Below, one piece after another: positions 1 through 10,879 of a stretch of DNA of 42,488 nt. This stretch comes from Octopus bimaculoides (Eukaryota). Made by a program: the position numbers and the translations under genes. The notes under the pieces were generated by a model. That model saw nothing but the letters and a program-made list of their open reading frames with translations, had not been told where the DNA came from and made no database searches. Location of the stretch: contig NC_068983.1 in assembly GCF_001194135.2 (NCBI RefSeq), positions 59,013,916-59,056,403 of the forward strand, in the 5' to 3' direction. Position 1 is the stretch's first letter, and each line of letters starts with the position of its first letter.

Positions 1-360
1 TTCATTACTGTACTCATTTCCAACCCTCACCTTGCTGGCAGCATCTCTGTACATGGCTCGCACAGCTCTCACTAACCATTCTTCTATCCCAAGTTTCCTC
101 ATTGACCACCAGATAAGGGATCGGGGGACCCTGTCAAAGGCTTTCTCCATGTCAACGAAGGCCAGGTACAGAGGTTTATCCTTGGCTAGGTATTTCTCCT
201 GCAGCTGTCTCACTAGAAATATGGCATCAGTGGTGCTTTTACCTGGCACAAACCCAAACTGCATCTCATCTAAATTGATTCGCTCCCTAATTAGTTGGGC
301 TATGACCCTCTCCGTAACTTTCATAACCTGATCTAACAGCTTGATGCCTCTGTAATTATA
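1..360 (-). mobile_element. RTE-clade LINE reverse transcriptase fragment, 5'-truncated, continuing off the left edge of the window
   Basis: The minus-strand frame from 360 to 1 is stop-free: NYRGIKLLDQVMKVTERVIAQLIRERINLDEMQFGFVPGKSTTDAIFLVRQLQEKYLAKDKPLYLAFVDMEKAFDRVPRSLIWWSMRKLGIEEWLVRAVRAMYRDAASKVRVGNEYSNE. It carries the non-LTR RT motifs NYRGI, QFGF..G.ST.DAIF and AFVD.EKAFD.V. Track ORF 32..331(+) is its antisense shadow. Confidence 0.93.
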
Positions 361-605
361 CATACATATACATATATGTAACTACATGTGGTACATTGGT
401 GAATTTTTTTCCTCCGTCTTCCTTTTTTCTTGGACTTCCTTCTGTCTCCTGTTTCTGAATAAGAGCTTTGCTCAAAACGTAAAACTATCTTTCTTTCCTT
501 CCCTGATTGTCTTTTAATACTTTGCACGTATCACATCCTCGCGTCGTTTTTTTCTTGTGTTTTTTCTTTGTTTTTTTTTGTTTATTAATTATATATAAGG
601 GCGAC

Positions 606-1042
606 CTGCTGTGCTTAAGGAGACCTATTGAGACAAGTACATCAGCATCACAGCATCAAAATAAAAATCAAATGGAAATTGAAGTTGTGATACCCATGCT
701 GGTGGCACTTAAAAAGTACCATCCGTATGTAGCCAATGCCAGCGCTGCCTTGAGTGGCTTCCATGCTGGTGGCATGTAAAAAGCACCATCCGAACATGGT
801 TGATGCCAGTTCCACCTTGACTGGCTTCCATGCCAGTAGCACGTAAAAGAGCACCAACTGATCATGGCCGCTGCCAACCTCCTCTAGCCCCTGTGCCGGT
901 GGCATGTAAAAAGCATCCACTAACAGTTAAGGAGTAGCTGGCGTTAGGAAGGGCATCTAGCCAGATCAGACTGGAGCCTGGTGCAGCCTCCTGGCTTCCC
1001 AAACCCCGGTCGAACCGTCTAATGATGATAATGATGATGATG
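606..1042 (+). mobile_element. RTE-type LINE 3' end or derived non-autonomous element with four ~65-70 bp internal subrepeats
   Basis: The unit (c)catgctggtggcaygtaaaaagcacc recurs about every 65-70 bp (~694, ~761, ~830, ~891). It is followed by ggcgttaggaagggcatc...cagactggagcctggtgcagcc and a (GAT)n tail; the same 3' block recurs many times in the window. Confidence 0.8.
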
Positions 1043-1055
1043 AATTATATATATA

Positions 1056-1095
1056 GGCACAAGAGTGGCTGTATGGTAAGTAGTTTGCTTACCAA
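1056..1095 (+). mobile_element. SINE-A 5' head fragment
   Basis: ggcacaagagtggctgtatggtaagtagtttgcttaccaa matches the head of full copies at 2140 and 32655. Confidence 0.7.
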
Positions 1096-1107
1096 AGTGG
1101 ACATGAG

Positions 1108-1287
1108 TTTTGGCTCTGTTCAAAAAAGAACAATTTGAAGAATTCGCCAGGGTAAGTCGGTTTTGTTGCTCAGCTGGGCAATAATTTATTGCTTATCATT
1201 ATTTTTTCAGTAGATTGTTGTCCAGCTGTGTGGCAACTTCGCTTTCCTCTGGCGAATTTTAGTGTGTTTTTTTGAAAAGAGGCAAAA
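1108..1287. repeat. Long imperfect palindrome (fold-back or MITE-like), ~80 bp arms, 16 nt loop
   Basis: 1108-1191 aligns to the reverse complement of 1208-1287 (ttttggctctgttcaaaaaa..aattcgccag..cagctgggcaataatttattg vs ttttgcctcttttcaaaaaa..aattcgccag..cagctggacaacaatctactg). Confidence 0.8.
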
Positions 1288-1367
1288 TAGAAGAGAGAGA
1301 GAAAAAAAACATGTTTGCTCTTTTGAACATCTGTGCAGAAAAAGAAAGATGGTTACATGAGGACATT

Positions 1368-1620
1368 TAATGTCCATTGTCCATGCTGGCATGGGTTGGA
1401 CGGTTTGACTGTGCTGGCATGCTGGAAGGCTGCACCAGGCTCCAGTCTGATTTGGCATGGTTTTCTATGACTGGATGCTCTTCCTAATGTCAACCACTCC
1501 GAGAGTGTAATGGGTGCTTTTACATGCCACCGACATTTGTGTGACACCAGGGTGCATTAACATGCCACTGGCACGGGTGCCAATTTGCGTGACACCGGTA
1601 TCTGCCATGACAGCAATTTT
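1368..1620 (-). mobile_element. RTE-type LINE 3' end
   Basis: Reverse complement of the shared 3' block (tccatgctggcatgggttggacgg...gctgcaccaggctccagtctga...cttcctaatgtcaaccactc). Confidence 0.8.
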
Positions 1621-1626
1621 GCTCAC

Positions 1627-1772
1627 CTTTCGGTTTCCATCTACCAAATCCACTCACATGGTTCTGGTCAGCCTGTAGCTTTAGCAGAAGGTGTCCAAGG
1701 TGCCACACAGTAGAATTGAACCTAGAACTATGTATTTGGGAAACAAACTTCTTACCACATAGCCATGCCTGC
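1627..1772 (-). mobile_element. SINE-A 5' half
   Basis: Reverse complement of the tRNA-like head and body up to ggatttggtagatggaaac; the 3' half is absent. Confidence 0.8.
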
Positions 1773-2139
1773 ATCTATCTCAATTTTTGTTGTTTTTTTT
1801 TTGTTGTTGTGCCCTGTATTGTAGAGTTACTTTCAAAGATAACTTTTTAAATTAAATTCATTTCCTTTTTTAACCTGATGGAGACTGGAAAGTGAAAGTC
1901 GTTTTGCCTTAACAGAAAAATCTTTATTAGTAATTAGCTTCCACAAGTATAAAAATAAATATTCAATGTTGTTGGCTTCTAACTACATTCACTGATGCAT
2001 GTAAATTGTTGCATGTTTTCTTTATAACAAATTCTGTTTAGAATATCATTTGTGTTTCCTCTGTTAATAACACTTAAATACATGTATACATACCATGTTG
2101 CACAGTTATTTACATAGAAGATATTTCAAAGAAGTGGCT

Positions 2140-2486
2140 AGGCACAGGAGTGGCTGTGTGGTAAGAAGCTTGCTTCCCAGTCACATGGTTCCGGGTTCAG
2201 TCCCACTGCTTGGTATCTGGGGCAAGTGTCTTCTGCTATAGTCTCGGGCTGACCAATGCCTTGTGAGTGGATTTGGTAGACGGAAATTGAAAGAAGCTTG
2301 TCACATATATATATATGTGTGTGTATGTATGTGTTTGTGTGTCTTTGTCTCTCCACCATCGCTTGACAACCGATGTCGGTGTGTTTTCATCCCTGTAGCT
2401 TAGCAGTTTGGTAAAAAAGAATAAGATTAAAGGTGGGGTTCCAGCATGGCTGCAGTCAAATGGCTGAAACAAGTAAAAGAGTAAGT
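2140..2486 (+). mobile_element. SINE-A with an internal deletion in the 3' half
   Basis: A-box-like ggagtggctgtgtggtaag, B-box-like ggttcagtccc, internal (TA)/(TG) tract and tail gaaacaagtaaaagag. Confidence 0.88.
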
Positions 2487-3613
2487 CTTGCTCTATAGAA
2501 GCAAAGCATTGCATTCACAACCTGAGTATACATCAATGAAGGCCTTCATTTTTACTATGAAGCATTCATCCTTAGAAGTCGCTATTTCTTTGCACTACCC
2601 ATCACTTTCTCCTTGTTATCTTCCCTTTCTCACCCATACTAGTTCACACATCACCTTTCTATGTCTTGCACATCATCCTCTTCTGATCAGTCCCTCCCCT
2701 ACCTCTTCTATCTCTCACTTTACTCCCTTTCGATGTGGATATTTCCCATCAACCATACCTCCTCTACCCACTTCTCTAGCTATATTACTCTCCCCTCACA
2801 CACTTATAAGTGTGTGAAAAATCATTTAGCCCTGCTTAACTGAGATTCAAAACCGAATCCACACACATGTTGCTTGTCAGACAAGTATCTGATCCTTTGT
2901 GTTTTATCTCCTTGCTGGGGGTTTAATGAGAAACACCTAACCTCCAGAGATTTTTGGTGTTCTTGGAAAGATAAATTCATTGTTTAGATTCGACCTACTT
3001 CCAGGCCATACCTTATATAACTGAGAGCTTATTTCTCTTGCCCCCTTCGGTTTTGAACAGGCTAAGTCAGAGCTTATCTCTCTTCATTCGGCCATCACCG
3101 AAGGGTCAATGCAATTCTTACCCATTTTTCCTCTGTCAGCAGAGTGCAGTTTCCACACACACACTGCCAGTGAGTGACCAACACATCCTACCATTGTCAG
3201 TTACTACTATGTCTGTGTTAGTAACCACTGCCAGCAAATAAATCTGTAAATATTATTCTTTTCTCTTCGATGTTGTTATTACGCTGTCTCATCCGCATGT
3301 CGAAACATTAAACTAGCAACTCGATCAAATTAAATATTAAAAGGCTACAAACAAACAAGCCAACAGGAGTTACTAGAAATAAGTCAAAACATTGTTTAAA
3401 ACAGACATTTTATTAGTTAAAAAATATTCAAGTATGAAAGTTTGCGATACACTCTAGGATTTTATAAAATAAATTCTCTTTCTCGTATCTCCTTCTCCAC
3501 ATAAATTCACAAAGATAAGAGTCAGCCATGCCCAGTGTGAGTCCCATCTTTTATGAAAACAATTATTGAACAAGCGGTGGTTACACTCCTTGTGCTCATG
3601 TGCAGCATTTTTG

Positions 3614-3710
3614 GTTACTATGGAAACAGATTTCTTTGCAATCAGCTATGGAATACGTGGTGCTACTTTGCTTTGGTTACTATAGAAATGAACTTCTTTG
3701 CCATGGTGAT
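3614..3710. promoter_or_regulatory. Cluster of RFX X-box-like motifs
   Basis: GTTACTATGGAAAC (3614-3627), GTTACTATAGAAAT (3676-3689) and TTTGCCATGGTGAT (3697-3710) compared with the X-box consensus GTTNCCATGGNAAC. Motif match only; function is untested. Confidence 0.3.
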
Positions 3711-3871
3711 GTCTAAAATATTCACTTCTTCTTGGCTAAAATACCTAAATTTTGAAGGCTAATAACTTTTTAATTATAGATTTATAGAAAAAATGAATTT
3801 CATTTTCATAACTAGGATACAAAACTTAATCCATATACTAAATTTGAAAACAATTGGAACAAATACAGTGA

Positions 3872-4030
3872 CCTGAATAATAATAACATCAAAAAATACC
3901 TTAGGAATGAGAACCCAGGTTCAAAATTTCCCCATGACACTTGATGAAGGCTGGAGGGTATATCAGCCGAAACATTGTGTTAACAACAAACAAGATGAGG
4001 ACAAATATCCGTCAAATGAAAATAATGTAA
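3872..4030 (+). mobile_element. Penelope-like element terminal-repeat fragment
   Basis: Contains a minimal hammerhead-like motif of the kind found in Penelope-like terminal repeats; no ORF; flanked by short TAA/AAT repeats. Confidence 0.55.
3936..3981 (+). ncRNA. Degenerate minimal type I hammerhead ribozyme motif
   Basis: GACAC-(T)TGATGA-A-GGCTG-gagggtatat-CAGCC-GAAA-CAT-T-GTGTT: stem I GACAC/GTGTT, stem II GGCTG/CAGCC, core CUGANGA/GAAA with C3 replaced by T, and a vestigial stem III. Confidence 0.6.
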
Positions 4031-4111
4031 AATTGGAATAAAATTGTAAACTGTCATAAACCACAAAGATCCCTTTTTTCTTCTGCCTTCCAAGTTGACA
4101 ACTTCATTTGT

Positions 4112-4297
4112 GCAAGAGACATGTAAAAAAGCATCCAGTACTCTCTGTGAAATGGTTGGCATTAGGAAAGGCATCCAGTCACAGAAACTATGCCAAAGAT
4201 GACAATGGAACTTGGCATAGCTCTTCTGCTCACTGCATCCTGTCAAACTATCCAATCCATGCCAACATGGAAAAACAGACATTGAATGATGATGACA
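4112..4297 (+). mobile_element. RTE-type LINE 3' end
   Basis: ggttggcattaggaaaggcatccag...ccaatccatgccaacatggaaaa...tgatgatgac. Confidence 0.75.
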
Positions 4298-4915
4298 AGG
4301 ACAATTGCCCCCCCATGGTTAATTACCCCCTCTGCAATATGTTAAGAAGTTTTAAATCATCATCTAAAAGTGCAAATTATATGTGATTCCTTGCAAATAT
4401 TGTATCACATTTATGTTTTCATAATTGCTAACTACGGCATTGATATGAGTTGAAACATCTAAATATTTCTTTCTAGATTTATTGTTATTGTTATAATTTA
4501 ATCTTATTTGTAATCAACAACAAACACATTTCGTCAATATTAAAGTCTTTATTAGATCAAAAATAATATTATCAAAACATGAAGATAAAACAAAACAAAT
4601 ATGCATTGTTTTCTTCTGAGCACCAATCTAATGTAGCTATAGTCTTTCACATTGTTCACCACCCAACCTTTCCTCTGAAAAAATCAGTAGAATCATTCGA
4701 TCTCCATACGCAAATTATTTTTCTCCTGAAACATAAAAAAATACATACATTAAGTGCACGTTTCTCTAAGTCACACACTAAATTTCCCAGGTAAAAAATA
4801 GCAGCTTATACACCAGAAAATACAGTACACATCAGGGGTTAACTGCTTAAGGGTAATTGTCCTCGGAGTGGGGTTATTGTTCATGGGGTAAATGTCCTAG
4901 ACTCCATATATATAT

Positions 4916-5304
4916 NNNNNNNNNNNNNNNNNNNNNNNNNNNNNNNNNNNNNNNNNNNNNNNNNNNNNNNNNNNNNNNNNNNNNNNNNNNNNNNNNNNNN
5001 NNNNNNNNNNNNNNNNNNNNNNNNNNNNNNNNNNNNNNNNNNNNNNNNNNNNNNNNNNNNNNNNNNNNNNNNNNNNNNNNNNNNNNNNNNNNNNNNNNNN
5101 NNNNNNNNNNNNNNNNNNNNNNNNNNNNNNNNNNNNNNNNNNNNNNNNNNNNNNNNNNNNNNNNNNNNNNNNNNNNNNNNNNNNNNNNNNNNNNNNNNNN
5201 NNNNNNNNNNNNNNNNNNNNNNNNNNNNNNNNNNNNNNNNNNNNNNNNNNNNNNNNNNNNNNNNNNNNNNNNNNNNNNNNNNNNNNNNNNNNNNNNNNNN
5301 NNNN
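4916..5304. other. Assembly gap flanked by (TA)n
   Basis: N run with (AT)n on both sides. Confidence 0.99.
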
Positions 5305-6685
5305 ATATATATATATATAACAGTTTAGCTAGGGGTAAATGCACCTAAGGGATATTAAATATTCGAAGAATTTACTGATTTATATGTGTATGTATATATA
5401 TATATTAATGAAGAGTGTACTGCTGATTATAATATATACGCGGTCAGGATGTTACTGATGATTTCATGCTGATTCTTGGACTTGCAATATTGATGACTCT
5501 TCAGACATGCTATATATATCATTTGCAAACAGCTTCAAGACACAATTGCTGCCAGTTGAAATCTCTGCTTACCAAACACTAGCAGACTTATGGGGTCATC
5601 AGGAGAGAATGTGCACTGTTTCAGAGCCTTTCTCTCACTGGCATTATTTTGCACCGACCACCCCTTCACTGAGATCAGGCTCCACTTGCGAGATCAGGTG
5701 GTTAATAGACTTCTCTCAGTAGTCTTCTAGCCATTGCTTATTGTCTCTTTCTAACCAAATCCAGTGGCTTGCCTTTTCTACTGGAGTCTGTATGTCACTC
5801 ATGATGGTATTTGCTTCACATTGTGTTAGGCCTAGCAACAAAAACCATCACCTCATACATTTATCCTGTTAATGGGTCTTCTTCTGGTTTTGCACCTTTG
5901 AAGACACTTGGAATGAGATATTCCTTACACAGAAAGTAAGAAAGGATTAACAAAAGGAAAGTTATCCTGCTGTAAAACAATACCTTGATATATTTGTCTA
6001 ATTTGTGCTAGCATAGAAAAATAGGTATGACAAACAAATGTGATAAAAATCCAAATATTGTATTATGAATCAGAAAAATTAATTCGTAAGCTATTTACTA
6101 TATGGTTCATTATGTACGGCAGTGTATCAGTATTAATTGTTCCTGGTATGATGTGTACTTTTAGGGGACAGAGAACTTTTTCTCTGTTCTCGTAAAATTG
6201 TTTCTTCTCTTTGTCTGCTAATCCACCTTTTACAAATCTACATTAGGATTCCAGCGTCTGTCAAATATCCTATCAATTGCTACAATTCTAACAGAAATAT
6301 TAAGATTATAATTGAGATAATTTTAGGCCATTATCTTCCATAGACCATCTTTGTTGACTGTAGTAGATGCATTGAATAATCTGACATTTTCATTTGAAAT
6401 GTCTTGAAGCAAATACCACAACAATGCTTCTGTCAGATTTCCTGAATCAACTCTGAATCTCTCTTGTAGAAGAAACCAGTTAAAGTGAAATGTAAGGAAA
6501 TTTGGAAACAGTCTCTAAAGAACTCTTGGGATATACGATTAGTATGATATTTCTGTAATTGTTACAGAGCTAATAGTTTTCTTTGCATTTTTACAGGGTG
6601 GTGCTAAGTGTATATTTAAATTTATGAATTTAAACATGATGTCAGACTGAAGTTACTCAGAAAAATCACACACTCACACATATAT

Positions 6686-6960
6686 GTGAAGGCGGATGGC
6701 CTAGTGGTTAGTGTTGCACTCATGATCATGAGATTGTGGTTTCAATTCCCAGACTGGCTGCACACTGCGTTCTTGAGCAAAATACTTCATTTCACATTAC
6801 ACCAGTCCACTCAGCTGTAAATAGGTCACCCTGTGACAGAATAACCTTCTAATCAGAGCGCAGGGGAGATGTTGGCTTGCTTGCCTAGCCAGAGGGATGG
6901 GGGTGTCATTCAAAAGCTAAATCAATGTGAAGTGCATTGTTATCAGTGATGTATAACACC
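6686..6960 (+). mobile_element. SINE-C (tRNA-derived)
   Basis: A-box tggcctagtggttag, B-box ggtttcaattccc and core ttgagcaaaatacttcatttcac...ccagtccactcagctg; a reverse copy lies at 18098-18388. Confidence 0.8.
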
Positions 6961-7089
6961 ATTCAACACACATACATGCATATACAGGGTGTGTAAGGTA
7001 TTTGAGGACATAGCTTTTTGGGATCAGTGTGCATGTATGCTGTGTACATCTTTCTTAAGGTTCCACTAGTTGTGCATATATAATGTTTT

Positions 7090-7560
7090 CACTGTGACAA
7101 ACTCGCTTTATAGCTTATGCTTGTTTATAAACTGTCTTAAAGTAAGAGGTATGTCCTTGTTCTGGTGAAGTTGCATGTCGTTTGGTTTGTATACTTCAGT
7201 TTTATGGTTTTATGTTTTATGGGTTTTTGCAGCTGTATCTAACTTTTGAGTTGTTTCTTTTGAACAGTTTGTGATATTTATGTTCTACTGGGAACTAGTT
7301 GCAACTAATGTCTAGTAAATGTGTGCTGTATTGTTACATTTAGGCTAAAAAGAGGGTTGAACCAGATGATATTTCATTAAGTTATTCGTTTAAATCTACA
7401 TACTTTTAAGTCTCCTTTGTAGAATGGTGCTGTTTGGTCAAATATTTCTTTGCCAGATGATGTTGTTCATATTCTCCAGCTTATATTGCTGACTAGGATT
7501 TTTTGAATTTTTTTTTTTTTGTTCTTGATTGAGGATGACTTGTGTTTATATATAATACGC
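7090..7560 (-). mobile_element. Degraded Penelope-like retroelement ORF remnant (RT C-terminus/linker upstream of GIY-YIG)
   Basis: Minus-strand segments separated by frameshifts: TSSGKEIFDQTAPFYKGDLK (7463-7403), NIIWFNPLFSLNV (from 7373), FPVEHKYHKLF (7294-7262) and KVRYSCKN. These match the Penelope-type linker signature IIWFNPPFS..NV...HFP..HK.HK.FN...KVSYSC. Confidence 0.8.
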
Positions 7561-7931
7561 TGAGAGTACATTCAAGGTTCATCGTGTCAGGCCAACACAA
7601 GAGAGATGATAAAAACAACCACACCTTGAATGGTTCCTACCACTCTTCTGCCTACTGGTGGTGTAACAAGTACTGTAGGAAGTTCGCTGTGGGGATGGGT
7701 ATAGAGCATAGAGTTGGGGATTAGTGCACTGTTCAGCAATGAGGGTGTTTGAGCCTAGATTGCTCATAGCTAGTGAACACTACCTGACAATAGTAACATG
7801 CTTCGTGCTATCAATTAGTCATTAATAATCATAATCTGATAATACTCACTTTTTGGGAATCCTTTTAACATGTCGTGAAGGACATATTTCAGAGGATATT
7901 GAACAGCTGTCTCATACCATTATTTCTTCCA

Positions 7932-8150
7932 AGGTTGTGAGCTGGCAGAATCATTAACACACCGAGCAAAATGCTTAACAGCATTTCGTCCGTTTTCATA
8001 TTCTGAGTTCAAATTCTGCCGAAGTTGATTTTGCTTTTCATTCCATTCAGGGTTGGGAAATCAAGTACCAGTTGAATACTAGGGTTGATGTAATTAACTG
8101 GTCCCCTCACCCCAAAATTTCTGGCTTTGTACCTATAGAAGAAAGGATTA
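7932..8150 (+). mobile_element. SINE-B (tRNA head plus MetaSINE-like core) with probable TSD
   Basis: Head gtgagctggcagaatc, B-box gagttcaaattc and core gttgattttgcttttcattcc..aagtaccag; flanked by atta(t/g)ttcttcca at 7919-7931 and 8147-8159. Confidence 0.85.
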
Positions 8151-8884
8151 GTTCTTCCATTTTCACATCGCCCTCCAAAAGAGATTAACAAAAGCAATCT
8201 TGTCACAATTTTAGTCTTCTCCTAATAATTAATTCAATGCAACAGAGTAAATTTTCATTTCAGTTTTAATTTGATCAGCTAAGTTCATTAATATTTGTGT
8301 GATTTCTATGCCAAAAAGAAAAGCAAAAAAAAAAAATCTCGTCTGTTTGCTAGGGTACACACAAGTTACAGATGATCAGAAGCAATCTTTAAGAATTATT
8401 GTCCCAAAATAGTTACTTAAAGAGTTAAAAATTTGCTGTTATTTCAGTCTATTGCTACAAATATTTATTGAATGAGTTCTTACATTTCGTCACTTCTTTG
8501 TAAGCAGTCAATGCTGAGTTTGAAGAGATTAAATGATGACATTCTGATGATTACAAGGACGAAAAACAAAAATAAAATAAAAAAAAAATAGAAGGGCATA
8601 ATTCCTTAATCTTGCTTCCCTCTTTCATCCAAGTTCATCTGGTTGTATTACAAAGATACATGTCAACAGGGTTGGAATTAAATCTGATGTAATGGAGAAC
8701 AAGACATTTGATGTGCTTCACCTTGCATTGATCACTCCAAACCTTGTTTATATTAATCAATTACTTGCTACTTGAATCAGCTACATCATTACAGTTTGCC
8801 AAATCCAGTTTTCACGTTGGGTAAGTTAAACCCTATATCCTTGAAAATACTAATCAATGTGGAGCAAGTTTACTGACTGCAATG

Positions 8885-8917
8885 GAGAGAGAGAGTGGGA
8901 GAGAGACAAATAGTAAA

Positions 8918-8953
<36 letters not shown>
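8885..8953. repeat. (GA)n microsatellite
   Basis: Interrupted GA run. Confidence 0.9.
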
Positions 8954-8955
<2 letters not shown>

Positions 8956-9689
8956 TGAAAGAAAATACAAGAAGTTTCAGAGATTAAAAGCATCCTGTAT
9001 TCCCAATGTCAGCACATTTTATTTTCAATGAAGATCTCATTCCTCTGAACACCTTATATCTGCCTTTGATACCGCCCACCATATTTGTCACTCACAATAT
9101 TCACCCCTACATACCTCTGATTGCCATCCCTGTCAGTGTACAACCCCACATACTTCACATTGTCTCTCTATTTCACATCTATCTACATTTATACTGTTGG
9201 GGAAAACAACATAAATACAACCACACCACAGCCTTTTTTGCATATCACCACCTTGTCTTTGACACACTCCTATTTTCCTCCAAAATGAGATTCTCCACTA
9301 TCCACCCGTGTTCTTCATACATTGTATTCACCTCCACCCCCATCTCTAGCTATCTGTCACACTCCTTTCATATTTGTGCAAACCTACTCACCCAGGCGTC
9401 CTCAGTTCTCTGCCCCTATTCTCTCTTTATCCACCTTATATCTTGAAGATATGTCCTAACACCTCCACCATCTCTTATCTTCGATTCCAGCTGGAGAAGC
9501 TATGTATCTCCACTACAGTGGGACACCCATTCCTGTCTCACAATTAAACTTTAACCTCTCAACACCTGACATAAAACCACTCCCCTCAACACTACACCAC
9601 CACTTAGCTCAGAAGGTCTTATCTTGTTATTTATTCGGTAGTCTCACTAGCATTGATGCCATGAAAAATGCAGGAAGGTTATTAAGCCA

Positions 9690-9860
9690 TAGAAACTTTG
9701 TCAATGCAGTTCTCTGGTTGGTCAGATCCAGTCTGACTGTCCAACCCATACTGGTATGAAAGATGGACATTAAATGATGATGATGATGATAACAACGACG
9801 ACGATGATAGTGATAGTTGTGGCGGCGGTGGTGGTGGTGGTGGTGGTAGTGGTGGTGGTG
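9690..9860 (+). mobile_element. RTE-type 3' end with compound triplet tail
   Basis: ctgtccaacccatactggtatgaaagatggacattaaa followed by (GAT)n, (GAC)n and (GGT)n. Confidence 0.7.
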
Positions 9861-10879
9861 ACATATTCAGCTGAATACATCACACATACAGTAAAGTGTA
9901 CAGCATTTATATATCACTCTGAAATACAACTTTCTTTAAAGTACTCCACCATTTCCTTTTTTGAACTTCTAACAAAACATTTATTGAACTATCAAAATAT
10001 TGAACTTTCAAAATACCATTTGGACAGTTCTATTACAAACATGTTTGCTGAGATTTTCTATTAGATAAAAGATATATTTTGGTTACATTTCCAGGGTTTC
10101 TTTTAAGCTTTTCTTGTCAGATTCATAATATTGGAACCGCAGAGTTTATATGCGAGATCACTGTGTGACATTATGACAGACATTTTCCAGCATGTTTTTA
10201 ACTCAAACTTCACCTTTCTTTTAAAGACTGTGTTCTGCTGGAAATGTTCATGGTATATATGTGTCATATATTGTTTGCTAAACACAATTTTGTTAGGTGA
10301 TTATGATAATATTTCTACGTAGATTCTTCAATACCTGTTCCAACACATTTTCTGTTTTCTTTCGATTTTCTTTCTCTATAGTATAATAAAACTGTCTGTT
10401 TAGTTTTCTTCTCTATTCTGCATTGTCAGAATGGCTTTCATATTTCCCATGCAATTTACTTTACAAATAATCTCAGAAATTATGATTTTAGTTTTTAAAA
10501 AACGACATAGTGTTATGAAATAATTTCACATCACAATGTTGAACTTTCAGACTTTTTGAACTCTAATTCTGCAATACTTTTATGATATACATATATATGG
10601 AGAGAGAGAAATAGAGAGAGCCATATATATATATATATCATACTTAATGTCTATACAACATTAACAGGCAAGTTATATGGTATTCTTCCATTTCTTATGG
10701 ATGTGTTGCATTTAAAAGCACAATGATTATCACAGAGAGATGAAAATCATCCCAGTCAGTGGCTAGTGGAATGCCAGATGCATTTCAGTCGAGTGGGGCC
10801 ATATCAATAGTTTGTACTCACAGCCAGCCATATGTCTAGACAAGATTGGTAAGCCAGGGGGCTGCACTAGGTTCCCCAT

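Noticed and set aside
32-331. 99 aa plus-strand ORF
   Set aside because: Antisense shadow of the RTE RT frame.
1873-1910. ctgatggagactggaaagtgaaagtcgttttgcc as a second hammerhead
   Set aside because: The core reads CUGAUGG rather than CUGANGA, and no GAAA follows a proper stem II.
2140-2220. tRNA genes at SINE heads (this and other copies)
   Set aside because: A and B boxes are present but there is no full cloverleaf or acceptor stem, and they continue into SINE bodies.
2500-2820. 109 aa ORF in pyrimidine-rich sequence
   Set aside because: The composition suggests the antisense of a decayed LINE; no motif recoverable and no splice support.
5420-5510. Minus-strand ctgaagag...gaaa as a hammerhead
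   Set aside because: Stem II cannot be formed convincingly.
6330-6600. Minus-strand 63-codon frame after tctttAG (RLFPNFLTFHFNWFLLQERFRVDSG...) and a plus-strand acceptor at ~6596
   Set aside because: No recognisable homology and no partner exons; such frames are expected in AT-rich DNA.
8760-8830. Perfect donor GTAAGT at 8820 with a possible micro-exon
   Set aside because: No convincing acceptor or reading frame; isolated donors are common.
9006-9446. 146 aa ORF, among the longest gap-free ORFs in the track
   Set aside because: H/I/P/S-rich composition typical of the antisense of purine-rich decayed retroelement sequence; no domain recognised on either strand.
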